DNA of 64,000 nt. Origin: an uncultured bacterium. Its GTDB lineage: Bacteria; Actinomycetota; Coriobacteriia; Coriobacteriales; Coriobacteriaceae. A model generated the notes under the pieces. It did no database searches, was not told the origin of the DNA, and saw only the letters and a list, made by a program, of their open reading frames with translations. How positions within the stretch are numbered: the stretch's first letter is position 1; every line of letters begins with the position of its first letter. Positions 30,051 to 42,662 of the stretch are shown piece after piece. Location: positions 16,345 to 80,344 of the forward strand of contig CAJMMF010000005.1 in the NCBI GenBank assembly GCA_905214385.1. Direction: 5' to 3'. Made by a program: the position numbers and the translations under genes.

Positions 30051-30722
30051 ATGACTGTTACTTCACACGCCTCGGATGCCATGGTCGCTATCCCATTTTG
30101 GCTCGAGATGTTCGCCGTTGTCGCGGCATCGATCTCGGGCGTGCTGGTCGCTCGCGAGCACAAGCTCGACCTGGTGGGCGCGGTCGCGCTCGCGGTGGTC
30201 TGCGGTCTGGGCGGCGGTCTTTTGCGCGATATGACGCTCCAGGTCGGCAACGTCTACATCCTCAACCAGCCCATGGCACTACCGCTCTCCATCGCCACAG
30301 CCGCCATCATCTATATCTTCCCGGCAATCGTCGATAAGCCCGAAAAACTCATTCCCCTGCTCGACATCATCTCGGTCGGCATCTATGCAGCAACCGGCGC
30401 GGACAAGGCGTTGGTGTACGGATTTGCGCCCGCCGTATGTATCATGATGGGCTTCTTTACCGCCGTGGGCGGCGGCATGCTGCGCGACGGCTTTATGGGC
30501 GTGGTCCCGGGCATTTTCCAACGCACCAACTTCTATGCCATCGCGGCCATCGCCGGATCGGCAAGCTATGTAGCCCTCGTCATGAGCGGCCTCATGAGCA
30601 ATGTTGCCGCGCTGGTCGTATGCGTTGTGGTGACCATGGGGCTGCGTTGGCTATCACTGCGCTTTGACATTAAAAGCCCTACCGAGGAAGACATCGCGCG
30701 CTTTTTGCACCGTAAAAAGTAG
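30051..30722 (+). CDS. UPF0126 / TRIC-type membrane protein (YadS family)
   Basis: Two internal repeats each carry the GGGxxRD motif (GLGGGLLRDM and AVGGGMLRDG), and there are about seven TM helices. The start is ambiguous. In-frame ATGs lie at 29925, 30051 and 30081, none with a good SD. Confidence 0.75.
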   Translation: MTVTSHASDAMVAIPFWLEMFAVVAASISGVLVAREHKLDLVGAVALAVVCGLGGGLLRDMTLQVGNVYILNQPMALPLSIATAAIIYIFPAIVDKPEKLIPLLDIISVGIYAATGADKALVYGFAPAVCIMMGFFTAVGGGMLRDGFMGVVPGIFQRTNFYAIAAIAGSASYVALVMSGLMSNVAALVVCVVVTMGLRWLSLRFDIKSPTEEDIARFLHRKK

Positions 30723-30828
30723 GTAGCACAGCACAACCCCTCGAAATGCAACCGAGAGATTCTTTTAGAGCGCCCGCGCGTTGGGTACCCTGTTAGATAC
30801 CTGTCGAGTATCTAACGAAGGATTCACT

Positions 30829-31974
30829 ATGCCTTGCAACCAAGTACCGTCGATCCGGCGCCACAAAGCGCAGGCCCGCATCACCATCCTATTCGCGCTG
30901 ATTGCGCTCGCGCTCACCGCACTTCCCACGGTGTCGTTCGCCGGCACCGACACCGCGGGAAACGTGCTCGCAACCGAAGTTGACTCAACTCCGTCCGGTA
31001 TCGAAGGCGACCTGTACTGGGCCGGCCAAAGTCTCAACCTAGACGACGCCTCCATCGGCCGCGATATTATCGCGGCGGGTGAGAACCTGTCGATTCGCGA
31101 TTGCACCGTAGGCGGCGCCGTTCGTCTGGCGGCACGCACCATCGATATCGCCAAAACCGCAATCGATGGCAGCGTCACGGTGGCCGGCCAGCACGTCGTG
31201 CTCAACACCGGCAGCACCGCCAACTGTTTTTACGCGGCAGGCGAAACGGTCGCCCTGCGCGGCTCCGCCAAATCGGCGGCGCTTGCCGGCGACACCGTAA
31301 CCATCGACGGCACCGTCGATGGCGATGTTGAGGTCTGGGCCGACAAGCTCATCCTGGGTAAAAACGCCCGCATCACCGGCACGGTGAACGCCCACGTCTC
31401 ACAGGACCCCGAGCGGGCCGAGGGCGCCCAGGTCGGAGCTCTCAAGATCGACCGGACCGAGAACGAGAACACCTCTACGGCCAACGACATTATCGGCGGC
31501 ATCGTTGCCGCGGCGCTTTCCACCTGCTTTGTCGCCATCCTGCTTGAGCTTGTCTTTCCACGCGCAACCGCCAGCGCTGCCGGCATGCTCCATCAGCGTC
31601 CCATGCCGCTGTGGGTAAGTGGTCTTCTGGGCACGGTCGCCGTCGCTCCCGCCGTGCTGCTGCTCATCATCTCGATTGCAGGCCTGTCGCTCGCCGCCGC
31701 CCTCATGTGCGGCGTCATCGGCATCGCTTTGGTCTCGGCGGCATTTACGGGCACCGCGGTCGCGCGCATGGTCGGACACAACCAAAACCGCTACGCCATG
31801 GCTGCCGTGGGCGGTATCGTCGCGGGCGCACTCACGGCACTTCCTCTTATGGGCAACTTTGTCAGCGGTGTAGCCTTCGTCTTCACGCTCGGCTACGCCA
31901 TCCAGATCATCTGGCGCAACGCCCACCTCAAGCCGCAGCAGCCGGCTAACACGCCAGGACTCCCCACCGCCTAG
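30829..31974 (+). CDS. exported bactofilin-like beta-helix repeat domain fused to a polytopic membrane domain
   Basis: The ATG at 30829 follows GAAGGA. There is a signal/anchor segment (ITILFALIALALTALPTVSFA). Degenerate repeats of the type GDxxxxGxxLxIxGxVxG follow (e.g. GDTVTIDGTVDGDVEVWADKLILGKNARITGTV). The C-terminus has about five TM helices. Confidence 0.6.
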   Translation: MPCNQVPSIRRHKAQARITILFALIALALTALPTVSFAGTDTAGNVLATEVDSTPSGIEGDLYWAGQSLNLDDASIGRDIIAAGENLSIRDCTVGGAVRLAARTIDIAKTAIDGSVTVAGQHVVLNTGSTANCFYAAGETVALRGSAKSAALAGDTVTIDGTVDGDVEVWADKLILGKNARITGTVNAHVSQDPERAEGAQVGALKIDRTENENTSTANDIIGGIVAAALSTCFVAILLELVFPRATASAAGMLHQRPMPLWVSGLLGTVAVAPAVLLLIISIAGLSLAAALMCGVIGIALVSAAFTGTAVARMVGHNQNRYAMAAVGGIVAGALTALPLMGNFVSGVAFVFTLGYAIQIIWRNAHLKPQQPANTPGLPTA

Positions 31975-32041
31975 CCGCCAACCACCACAAAAGGGCCAGG
32001 CACCTTTGTGGTGGCGCAAAGCAACCTGATCCCATTGCACC

Positions 32042-32076
32042 AAAAAGGGCGCCGACCATTGCGGTCGACGCCCTTT
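32042..32076 (-). terminator. intrinsic terminator after typA
   Basis: The minus strand reads AAGGGCGTCGACC-GCAAT-GGTCGGCGCCCTT followed by TTTGG. Confidence 0.7.
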
Positions 32077-32103
32077 CTTATTGGCAGTTATAAGCCCCAG
32101 CGC

Positions 32104-33942
<1,839 letters not shown>

Positions 33943-34059
33943 GTAGTTCCCCTATCTTCTATCCATATACAAACGGCACGCGTATGCGGCCCGCCCAGCG
34001 ATACAACGCTCAGCGGGAATATTGAGCCTTTTACCGAAAACTCGTTTATTTTAGCGATT

Positions 34060-34509
34060 TTAGATAAGAGGGGTTTCCTCACCTGCAGGTTCAGGGTCGC
34101 TCCACATAAAACCATCGCCGGCACCCATGCCCTCATACAGCACGTATGCCGAAAAACCGCTCTCGAGCGTGGTTTCGAAGAAGCTCACGAGCAGGGCGTC
34201 GTGATAGCCGCCGTCAATTTCGACACAACCGGTGTAGCCGATGGCATAGCGGGCGATGCGGCCCAGGCCCTCGTCCTTAAGACCCATCTTGTGCTCGGAG
34301 ATAAAGTTGGTGGCCGCCTCGAGGCACGCCTCCTCGCCATCCTCATCGAGCGCCGCCAGATAACGGTTGGAAGCAGCGTCCTCGATCGCCACAACTACAC
34401 CCGGATTCTCGCCGGCGGCAAGGTCGTCCAAGAACGCACCAATCAGGTCACACACCATGGCGTCGAGCTCGGCGGAGACGTTACCGGCGTCCTGCATATC
34501 CTGTGCCAT
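34060..34509 (-). CDS. acidic cytoplasmic protein, function unknown
   Basis: 149 aa. SD GGGAAGG precedes the start. It is the third gene of the bifunctional-nuclease operon. No family was recognised. Confidence 0.55.
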   Translation of the reverse strand: MAQDMQDAGNVSAELDAMVCDLIGAFLDDLAAGENPGVVVAIEDAASNRYLAALDEDGEEACLEAATNFISEHKMGLKDEGLGRIARYAIGYTGCVEIDGGYHDALLVSFFETTLESGFSAYVLYEGMGAGDGFMWSDPEPAGEETPLI

Positions 34510-34539
34510 CTTTAGACCTTCCCATCGAGTCTGGCGTCG

Positions 34540-34926
34540 TTACAGTTCTTGTGCCTCGGCAGCGATCTTGGCGGCAGCGTCGCGGGCGCGCATCATATCC
34601 ATCGCGCGCTTGTCGAGTACCTTGATCTGGCTGGTCAGCATTACTGCATCGACCACACCCCAGATTACCAAGCCTGTTGAAATCGAAAACCCAAGCGCAC
34701 CAACTGTACCACGAAGGCGCGAACAGATTGCCGCGACAAGGACGGAGACGACAACCATCTTGATAAACGAGCCGCGGCGCTCGCGAAGCGTGCGGGCCTG
34801 CGTCACATAGGCAATGCGAGCCGCCTCAGAAGCCTCCGAGCGCATCTGGGCTTCACGCGCGATGGCGGCCGCTTCAGCCGATACGCGGGTACCCATCAGC
34901 GACCTCTCCGCTCGCGTGCCAGACAT
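34540..34926 (-). CDS. small membrane protein (two TM helices), function unknown
   Basis: 128 aa. Its ATG directly abuts the TAA of the upstream nuclease gene (TAAATG). TM helices are MVVVSVLVAAICSRL and LGFSISTGLVIWGVVDAVML. Confidence 0.55.
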   Translation of the reverse strand: MSGTRAERSLMGTRVSAEAAAIAREAQMRSEASEAARIAYVTQARTLRERRGSFIKMVVVSVLVAAICSRLRGTVGALGFSISTGLVIWGVVDAVMLTSQIKVLDKRAMDMMRARDAAAKIAAEAQEL

Positions 34927-35427
34927 TTAGAAGTCATCGGGGGAGAGCGTATGGACGAACTCGTCGAACTTCTCGAACTCCTGCTCGTCGTCGACATCCT
35001 CGGCGTGGGTGGAAACAGTGCCCAGGCGATTCATGATGTCGTCCTCCACAAACATGGGGGCATTGCTGCGCACGGCAAGGGCAATGGCGTCACTGGGGCG
35101 GGCGTCGATCTTGCGCTCGGCGCCATCGGCCAGTACGACGATCGTCGCGTAGAACACCGGCGGCTCGGCGCGAACGATCTCTATACGCTCGAGCTTGGCG
35201 CCCAGGGCGTCAACGGTATCGAGCAGCAGGTCATGGGTAATCGGGCGCTCGGCGCGGCCGCTATCGATGCCGCGGCTGATGGCAGCAGCTTCAAACGAAC
35301 CAGTCTGAATGGAAAGGGAGCGCAGTGGCGCGGGCGAGTCCGATTTGCTGCTGCGCTCACGAAGCACGATAAGCGATGGCACGGGACCGGCGGCCATGAC
35401 GATGGTCTCTATGTCGACACGAACCAT
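34927..35427 (-). CDS. bifunctional nuclease family protein (BFN/DUF151)
   Basis: Contains MVRVDIETIVMAAGPVPSLIVLRE... and RPITHDLLLDTVDALG, typical of BFN. The ATG at 35425-35427 follows GGAGGTG. Confidence 0.75.
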   Translation of the reverse strand: MVRVDIETIVMAAGPVPSLIVLRERSSKSDSPAPLRSLSIQTGSFEAAAISRGIDSGRAERPITHDLLLDTVDALGAKLERIEIVRAEPPVFYATIVVLADGAERKIDARPSDAIALAVRSNAPMFVEDDIMNRLGTVSTHAEDVDDEQEFEKFDEFVHTLSPDDF

Positions 35428-35541
35428 GGAACACCTCCGGTACGTAGCGGTTAACACGCGGCAGCCCGCCGCATTGAATAGCTATACTACCCAATCTTTC
35501 GCCCAGCACACAAAACCAAAATGAGATTTATCGCAGACAAG

Positions 35542-35572
35542 AAAAAAGCCCCGAGGCAATTGCCCCGAGGCT
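35542..35572 (-). terminator. intrinsic terminator after tRNA-Ile
   Basis: The minus strand reads AGCCUCGGGGC-AAUU-GCCUCGGGGCU (11 bp including two G-U pairs) followed by TTTTTT. Confidence 0.65.
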
Positions 35573-35586
35573 CTTCACAGTTTTGA

Positions 35587-35663
35587 TGGTGGACCTGACA
35601 AGATTCGAACTTGTGACCTCCCGGTTATCAGCCGGACGCTCTAACCAACTGAGCTACAGGTCC
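35587..35663 (-). tRNA. tRNA-Ile (anticodon GAT)
   Basis: The reverse complement folds as a cloverleaf. Acceptor GGACCTG, anticodon loop CTGATAA, T loop GGTTCGAATC and an encoded CCA. Confidence 0.95.
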
Positions 35664-35677
35664 ATCGCGCAAGGGAT

Positions 35678-35707
35678 ATATTAGACGAGTCGTTACGCGC
35701 GCGTCAA
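35678..35707 (-). promoter_or_regulatory. candidate tRNA-Ile promoter
   Basis: The minus strand reads TTGACG-18 nt-TAATAT. An A/T-rich UP-like tract (AAAGATTTTCAAAAAAG) lies upstream. The -10 element ends about 14 nt before the tRNA 5' end. Confidence 0.55.
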
Positions 35708-35710
35708 CAA

Positions 35711-35897
35711 CTTTTTTGAAAATCTTTGGAGGGTGTTCGCCCCGGCCGCACGGCGGCATGTGAAGTCGCCTGCTCGGACAGTCCTGACTCGCGCAGAGAG
35801 CACATTAAGTGCTCTCTGGCTCGTGCGGAACTCGCGATCGACTTCACATGCCGCCGTGCGGCCGGGGCGTACGCGAGTCCCAAAGTTTTCAAAAAAG
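35711..35897. repeat. family-C ~187-bp nested palindromic element
   Basis: Perfect 31-bp arms CGCCCCGGCCGCACGGCGGCATGTGAAGTCG (35738-35768) and their complement (35839-35869). A central hairpin AGAGAGCAC-ATTAA-GTGCTCTCT (35795-35817). Outer arms CTTTTTTGAAAATCTTTGG (35711-35729) and CCAAAGTTTTCAAAAAAG (35880-35897). Confidence 0.85.
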
Positions 35898-35923
35898 CGG
35901 TCGACGCGCAGTGCGCCGACCGC
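35891..35923 (-). terminator. intrinsic terminator after gyrA
   Basis: The minus strand reads GCGGTCGGCGCACTGCGCGTCGACCGC followed by TTTTTT. Confidence 0.75.
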
Positions 35924-35963
35924 CGATATATGGGGTCTGATATTTTCTACCAGCTAGGGCCTC

Positions 35964-38705
35964 TTACTCGTCTAGGAGATCCTCTGGCATGTCGTTGCCG
36001 TCGCCTAGGTCGACTGGGGCCTCTTCGGTGTCGGCTGCGGCCTCGGCGCTTTCACCTTCGGGCTTCTCCTTGGCGGCCGTCATGCGGGCTACGGCGCAGA
36101 TGCGGTCGTTGTCGTCGACGGTCATCATCTTGACGCCCTGGGTAGCGCGGCCAGTCTGGCTGATCTCATCGGTCTTGACGCGAATGACCGTCGCGCCCTC
36201 CGTCACGATGAACAGCTCGTGCTGCGGGCCCACCGTCTTCATGGCCGCGAGGTTACCCTTACGCTCGGTCATTTGGATGGTGTAGACGCCCTGGCCGCCG
36301 CGATTCTGCTCCGGGTAGTCCGCGACCGGCGTGCGCTTGCCGTAGCCGCGCTCGGTGATGACGAATAGATCGCCGTTGCCGTTAGTGACTTCCATGCCCA
36401 GAACGCTCACGCCGTCCTTCATACCGATACCGCGAACGCCGCTGGTATCGCGGCCGGTGGCGCGCACCTGCTCCTCGGAGAACATGATCGCCTTGCCCGC
36501 GGTGGTGGCCAGGATAATCTTGTCGCCCTCGCGCACGCGGCGCACGTTCAGCAGCGCGTCGTCGTCACGCAGGTTGATAGCGATCAGGCCGTCGCGACGG
36601 CTGCGGTCATATGCGCTCATCACGGTCTTCTTGACCATGCCGCTCTTGGTGGCAAACATCAGGTACTCGTCGGCAGGGAACTCGCGGCAGCTGATGACGC
36701 TCGCGATCTTCTCGCCCTCCTCGAAGGGCAGCAGGTTGACGATCGCGGTACCGCGCGCCTGGCGCGTACCCACCGGCAGCTCGTGCACCTTCAGGCGATA
36801 GACCTTGCCCTTGCTCGAGAAGAACAGCACGTACTCGTGCGTGGACGCGATGAACATCTCGTCGATGACATCGTCCTCTTTGAGGTTGACGCCCGACACG
36901 CCCTTGCCGCCGCGTTTCTGGGCGCGGTAGGCGGCCACCGGGATGCGCTTGACATAGCCGGTGTGGGTGATGGTCACGACCATGTCCTCGTCGGCAATGA
37001 GGTCCTCGACGTCCAGGTCCTTCTCGACCTGGCTGATCTCGGTGCGGCGCTTATCGCCAAACTTCTTGGAGATCTCGCGCATCTCTTCCTTAATGACGCC
37101 CAGGATCTTCTCCTCGTGCGCCAGCAGGTCCTCGTAGTAGGCGATGGCGCGGCGCAGGCCGTCCAGCTCTTCCTGAATCTTGTCGCGCTCCAGGCCAGTC
37201 AGGCGGCGCAGCTTCATCTCGAGGATGGCCGTGGTCTGCTCGGGCGTAAAGCCAAAGCGCTCGATCAGGCGGCTGCTGGCCTCAGAATCGGTCTGCGAGG
37301 AGCGAATGATGCTAATGACCTCGTCGATATGGTCGAGAGCCATCAAGTAGCCCTCAAGGATATGCGCGCGGGCCTGGGCCTTCTTAAGGTCGAAGCGGGT
37401 GCGGCGAGTGACGACGTCGACCTGGTGGTCGATGTAGTGCTGCAGCATCTCGCGCAGGCTCAGGCATTTGGGAACGCCGTTGACGAGCGCCAGGTTGTTG
37501 GCGCCGAAGGTCGTCTGCAGCGAGGTGTACTTATACAGGTTGTTGAGCACGACCTGCGGAATGACGCCCTTCTTGAGCTCGATGACCAGACGGATGCCCT
37601 TCTGGTTGGACTCATCGCGCATGTCCGAGATGCCCTCGATGCGCTTGTCGTTGACGAGCTGGGCGATCTTCTCCTGCAGGGTGCCCTTGTTGACCATGTA
37701 GGGAATCTCGGTAAAGACCAGGCGGTTGCGGCCGGTCTTGGTGGATTCCACGTGGGCCTTGGCGCGCACGGTAATGGAGCCGCGGCCGGTCTCGTAGCTC
37801 TGCTTAATGCCGGCGCTGCCCATGATGATAGCGCCGGTGGGGAAGTCCGGACCGGGCATGATCTGCATGAGCTCGTCGACAGTGGCGTCGGGATTATCGA
37901 TCAGGTAGCAGGTGGCCTCAATCGCCTCGGTGAGGTTGTGCGGGGCGATGTTGGTGGCCATGCCGACGGCGATACCCTGGCTGCCGTTGACCAGCAGATT
38001 GGGGAAGCGCGCGGGCAGCGCCTGAGGCTCGGCGAGCGATTCGTCGTAGTTGGGCTGCCAGTCGACGGTATCCTTCTGCAGGTCACGCAGCAGCTCCATG
38101 GCGGGCTTTGCCAGGCGGCTCTCGGTGTAACGCATGGCAGCGGCGCCGTCGCCGTCGATGTTGCCGAAGTTGCCGTGGCCGTCGATGAGCGGCGTGCGCA
38201 TGGAGAACCACTGCGCCAGGCGAACCATTGCCTCGTAGACCGCGTAGTCACCGTGCGGATGGTACTTACCGATAACTTCGCCGACCGTCCAAGCGGACTT
38301 CTTGTGCGGACGGTTGGGGTAGATGCCGCTCTCGTTCATCGCGTACAGGATGCGGCGGTGCACCGGCTTTAAGCCGTCGCGCACGTCCGGCAGGGCGCGC
38401 GCCGTGATGACCGACATCGAATACTCGATAAATGACTGCTTCATCTCGCGGCCAAACTCCGAAATCTGGAGCTGGCCGCCGTTTATATCCTCGCCGGCCG
38501 AGGCGCCACGATCGACTTCGCCAAAGCTCTCCTCGAGCTCACCGTCGTCGTCCTCTTCCTCGTCATCATCGGCATCGGGGTTATAGGCGTCAGGATCGCC
38601 GTCCTCGCCCTGCTCAGCACGGGCAAGCAGGCGCTTCAGATCGTCGGGCATGCCGGCATCGCCGGCCTCGCCCATACCCTCGTTATTGTTGATATCGTCT
38701 GCCAC
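35964..38705 (-). CDS. gyrA: DNA gyrase subunit A
   Basis: Contains [22 protein letters not shown] and AAMRYTE (catalytic Tyr). It has acidic N- and C-terminal tails. The start is GTG, preceded by GAGGAGG. Confidence 0.95.
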   Translation of the reverse strand: MADDINNNEGMGEAGDAGMPDDLKRLLARAEQGEDGDPDAYNPDADDDEEEDDDGELEESFGEVDRGASAGEDINGGQLQISEFGREMKQSFIEYSMSVITARALPDVRDGLKPVHRRILYAMNESGIYPNRPHKKSAWTVGEVIGKYHPHGDYAVYEAMVRLAQWFSMRTPLIDGHGNFGNIDGDGAAAMRYTESRLAKPAMELLRDLQKDTVDWQPNYDESLAEPQALPARFPNLLVNGSQGIAVGMATNIAPHNLTEAIEATCYLIDNPDATVDELMQIMPGPDFPTGAIIMGSAGIKQSYETGRGSITVRAKAHVESTKTGRNRLVFTEIPYMVNKGTLQEKIAQLVNDKRIEGISDMRDESNQKGIRLVIELKKGVIPQVVLNNLYKYTSLQTTFGANNLALVNGVPKCLSLREMLQHYIDHQVDVVTRRTRFDLKKAQARAHILEGYLMALDHIDEVISIIRSSQTDSEASSRLIERFGFTPEQTTAILEMKLRRLTGLERDKIQEELDGLRRAIAYYEDLLAHEEKILGVIKEEMREISKKFGDKRRTEISQVEKDLDVEDLIADEDMVVTITHTGYVKRIPVAAYRAQKRGGKGVSGVNLKEDDVIDEMFIASTHEYVLFFSSKGKVYRLKVHELPVGTRQARGTAIVNLLPFEEGEKIASVISCREFPADEYLMFATKSGMVKKTVMSAYDRSRRDGLIAINLRDDDALLNVRRVREGDKIILATTAGKAIMFSEEQVRATGRDTSGVRGIGMKDGVSVLGMEVTNGNGDLFVITERGYGKRTPVADYPEQNRGGQGVYTIQMTERKGNLAAMKTVGPQHELFIVTEGATVIRVKTDEISQTGRATQGVKMMTVDDNDRICAVARMTAAKEKPEGESAEAAADTEEAPVDLGDGNDMPEDLLDE

Positions 38706-38754
38706 GTTACCTCCTCATGGTTTGCGTGGTCCATTAGTTCCCTGCCACGGAGAC

Positions 38755-38853
38755 GGCTTTTCCAGGTGCCGCAGATTCGCTCGAAAGAGGAGGGAAGCGT
38801 ACTTGGGTACGCGACCGACGATTGAGGGCGAAGGTGCGGTGGCTGGGAAAGCC
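38755..38853. repeat. family-B intergenic palindromic element, copy 2 (gyrB-gyrA spacer)
   Basis: Core at 38783-38828 is GAAAGAGGAGGGAAGCGTACTTGGGTACGCGACCGACGATTGAGGG. Outer arms are GGCTTTTCCAGGTGCCGCAGATTCGC and GCGAAGGTGCGGTGGCTGGGAAAGCC. Confidence 0.8.
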
Positions 38854-38860
38854 GAACAGG

Positions 38861-40933
<2,073 letters not shown>

Positions 40934-40996
40934 TTATCGTAAAAAAATACCCTCGGGAACGAGGGTATTTGGCTCTACAAGGCCACCAGATGCGAT

Positions 40997-41560
40997 TTAA
41001 GGCTCTTTTTTGCTTTGCACGCCCTTGGCCCACTCGGCACTGGCTCTCATGGCGTTCTCGAGGGCCTCGCGCAGTTTTTGGTCTTCGATGGGCGCCACTT
41101 GGCGCTCGATCTCGGTGCGCTCGGCCTCACTTAGGTCGGCGTGCGGGGCCGGCGGGCGCTCGGTCATCGCCGGGCGCAGGCGCTCCTTGGCGGCGGGTGG
41201 CGTGTGACCGGGCGCGGTAGTTTTGAACACCAGGCCGTCCACATGCGCACCGGCGCGCTCCATGCGCGCGCGGATGATCTCGCGCAGCAGCGTCATTTCC
41301 TGCGTCCATGAGGGCGAGTCGAGATACACCAGCAGCTCATTGGACTCGGGCAGGTAACGCAGCCCCGTCACATGCCGCCCCTCGCGCGTGCCCGAGCACA
41401 CCGCATTCCAGGCGCGATAGACCGCACGAGACTCCTCTGCAGCCTCCATCTGCGCACGACGCCTAGGCGTTGCAGCCGCCAGGATGCGCTGGCGCTCTGC
41501 GTTCAAAAAGCCACTGAAGGCGACCGTTTCGCTCTCGCGCTCGTAATCAGCACGTCTCAC
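40997..41560 (-). CDS. DUF721 (DciA-type) protein
   Basis: Sits at the conserved position between recF and gyrB. The DUF721-like core is AVYRAWNAVCSGTREGRHVTGLRYLPESNELLVYLDSPSWTQEMTLLREIIRARM. The start is GTG and overlaps the recF stop. Confidence 0.75.
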   Translation of the reverse strand: MRRADYERESETVAFSGFLNAERQRILAAATPRRRAQMEAAEESRAVYRAWNAVCSGTREGRHVTGLRYLPESNELLVYLDSPSWTQEMTLLREIIRARMERAGAHVDGLVFKTTAPGHTPPAAKERLRPAMTERPPAPHADLSEAERTEIERQVAPIEDQKLREALENAMRASAEWAKGVQSKKEP

Positions 41561-42653
41561 CCACGCTCACCACCTTGGCTCGATCAAGCAGGTCATCGGT
41601 AAAGTACCCCAGGTTGGTCGTAGTTATGACCGTCTGGATATCATCGCCGATCAGCCGCAGGAAAGCGCCGCGACGCTCGCCGTCGAGCTCGCTCATCACG
41701 TCGTCCAAAAGCAGCAGCGGGGCGGTGCCCAGGACATCGCGAGCCACGGCCACCTCGGCCACCTTCCAGGACAGTACCAGCGTGCGCTGCTGTCCTTGGC
41801 TGGCAAATGAACGGGCGGAGCGACCCGCCACGGTGAACTCGATCTCGTCGCGATGCGGTCCCACCAACGTCACGCCGCGGCGAATTTCCTCGTCGGCATG
41901 CTCGTCAAGGGCGGCCAGCATGCGCTCGTACGCCCAACCCTTCAGCTCTTCGCGATCCTCGACCTGGGGCAAATCCCCCAGCGTGGACGCATAGGTCACG
42001 TTGGCAGCCTCGCCGGACGCCACTTGCCCGTAGGCAGTGTGCACATGGCCCGCCAGCCGGTCGAGTAGGGCCAACCGGTGCACGAGCAGGGCCGAGCCCG
42101 CGCGAGCAATCGAATCGTTCCACGCGCCGAGCATCTCGCGACAGCACCAGGTCTCCTTGAGCAGGGCGTTACGCTGGGTCACGCAGCGCCCATAGGTGCT
42201 CGCAAGATCGGCATAACGCGCGCTCAGCTGCATGCCAAAGTCATCGAGGGCGGCGCGGCGCACACTGGCGCCTCGCTTAACCATGTCCAGATGGTCGGGG
42301 CAAAACAGCACGCTCGGCAGAATCCCGCGCACACCGGCGGCAGAGCATCTCTTGCCGTTGCGACTAAACGAGCGCTTACCGTCCTCCGCGCTCAATCCCA
42401 TATCAAGCACGCGGCCGTCGCCCTCGAGCCTCAGCTCGATCTTGCACGAGCCCACGCCGTCATGGACGAGCTCGGCTGCGGTCGGATGCCTAAACGAGGC
42501 GCCGCTCGTCAGCAGCTGCAGCGCCTCTATGAGATTGGTCTTTCCCGCCGCGTTGGGTCCCGCAAGTATCGTCACGCCCTCGTCCAGGGCAAGGCGATAG
42601 CTATCGAAGCTGCGGTAGTGCGCGACGGAAAGATCGCGGGCGAACATGGTCAT
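41547..42653 (-). CDS. recF: DNA replication and repair protein RecF
   Basis: Walker A is GPNAAGKTNLIEAL, the signature-like motif is SQGQQRTLVLS and Walker B is LLLLDDVMSELD. Confidence 0.95.
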   Translation of the reverse strand: MTMFARDLSVAHYRSFDSYRLALDEGVTILAGPNAAGKTNLIEALQLLTSGASFRHPTAAELVHDGVGSCKIELRLEGDGRVLDMGLSAEDGKRSFSRNGKRCSAAGVRGILPSVLFCPDHLDMVKRGASVRRAALDDFGMQLSARYADLASTYGRCVTQRNALLKETWCCREMLGAWNDSIARAGSALLVHRLALLDRLAGHVHTAYGQVASGEAANVTYASTLGDLPQVEDREELKGWAYERMLAALDEHADEEIRRGVTLVGPHRDEIEFTVAGRSARSFASQGQQRTLVLSWKVAEVAVARDVLGTAPLLLLDDVMSELDGERRGAFLRLIGDDIQTVITTTNLGYFTDDLLDRAKVVSVGETC

Positions 42654-42662
42654 GGCGCAGCG

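Noticed and set aside
31982-32014. Hairpin CCACCACAAAAGG...CCTTTGTGGTGG after the bactofilin-like gene as an intrinsic terminator
   Set aside because: The stem has a bulge and no U-run follows. It may still slow or stop transcription, but I could not support calling it a terminator.
35726-36133. ORFs of 135 and 74 aa (plus strand) and 62 aa (minus strand) inside the family-C palindrome
   Set aside because: They are created by the palindromic sequence itself, as their mirror-image peptide content shows. They lack SD sequences and run into the gyrA terminator and the gyrA coding region.
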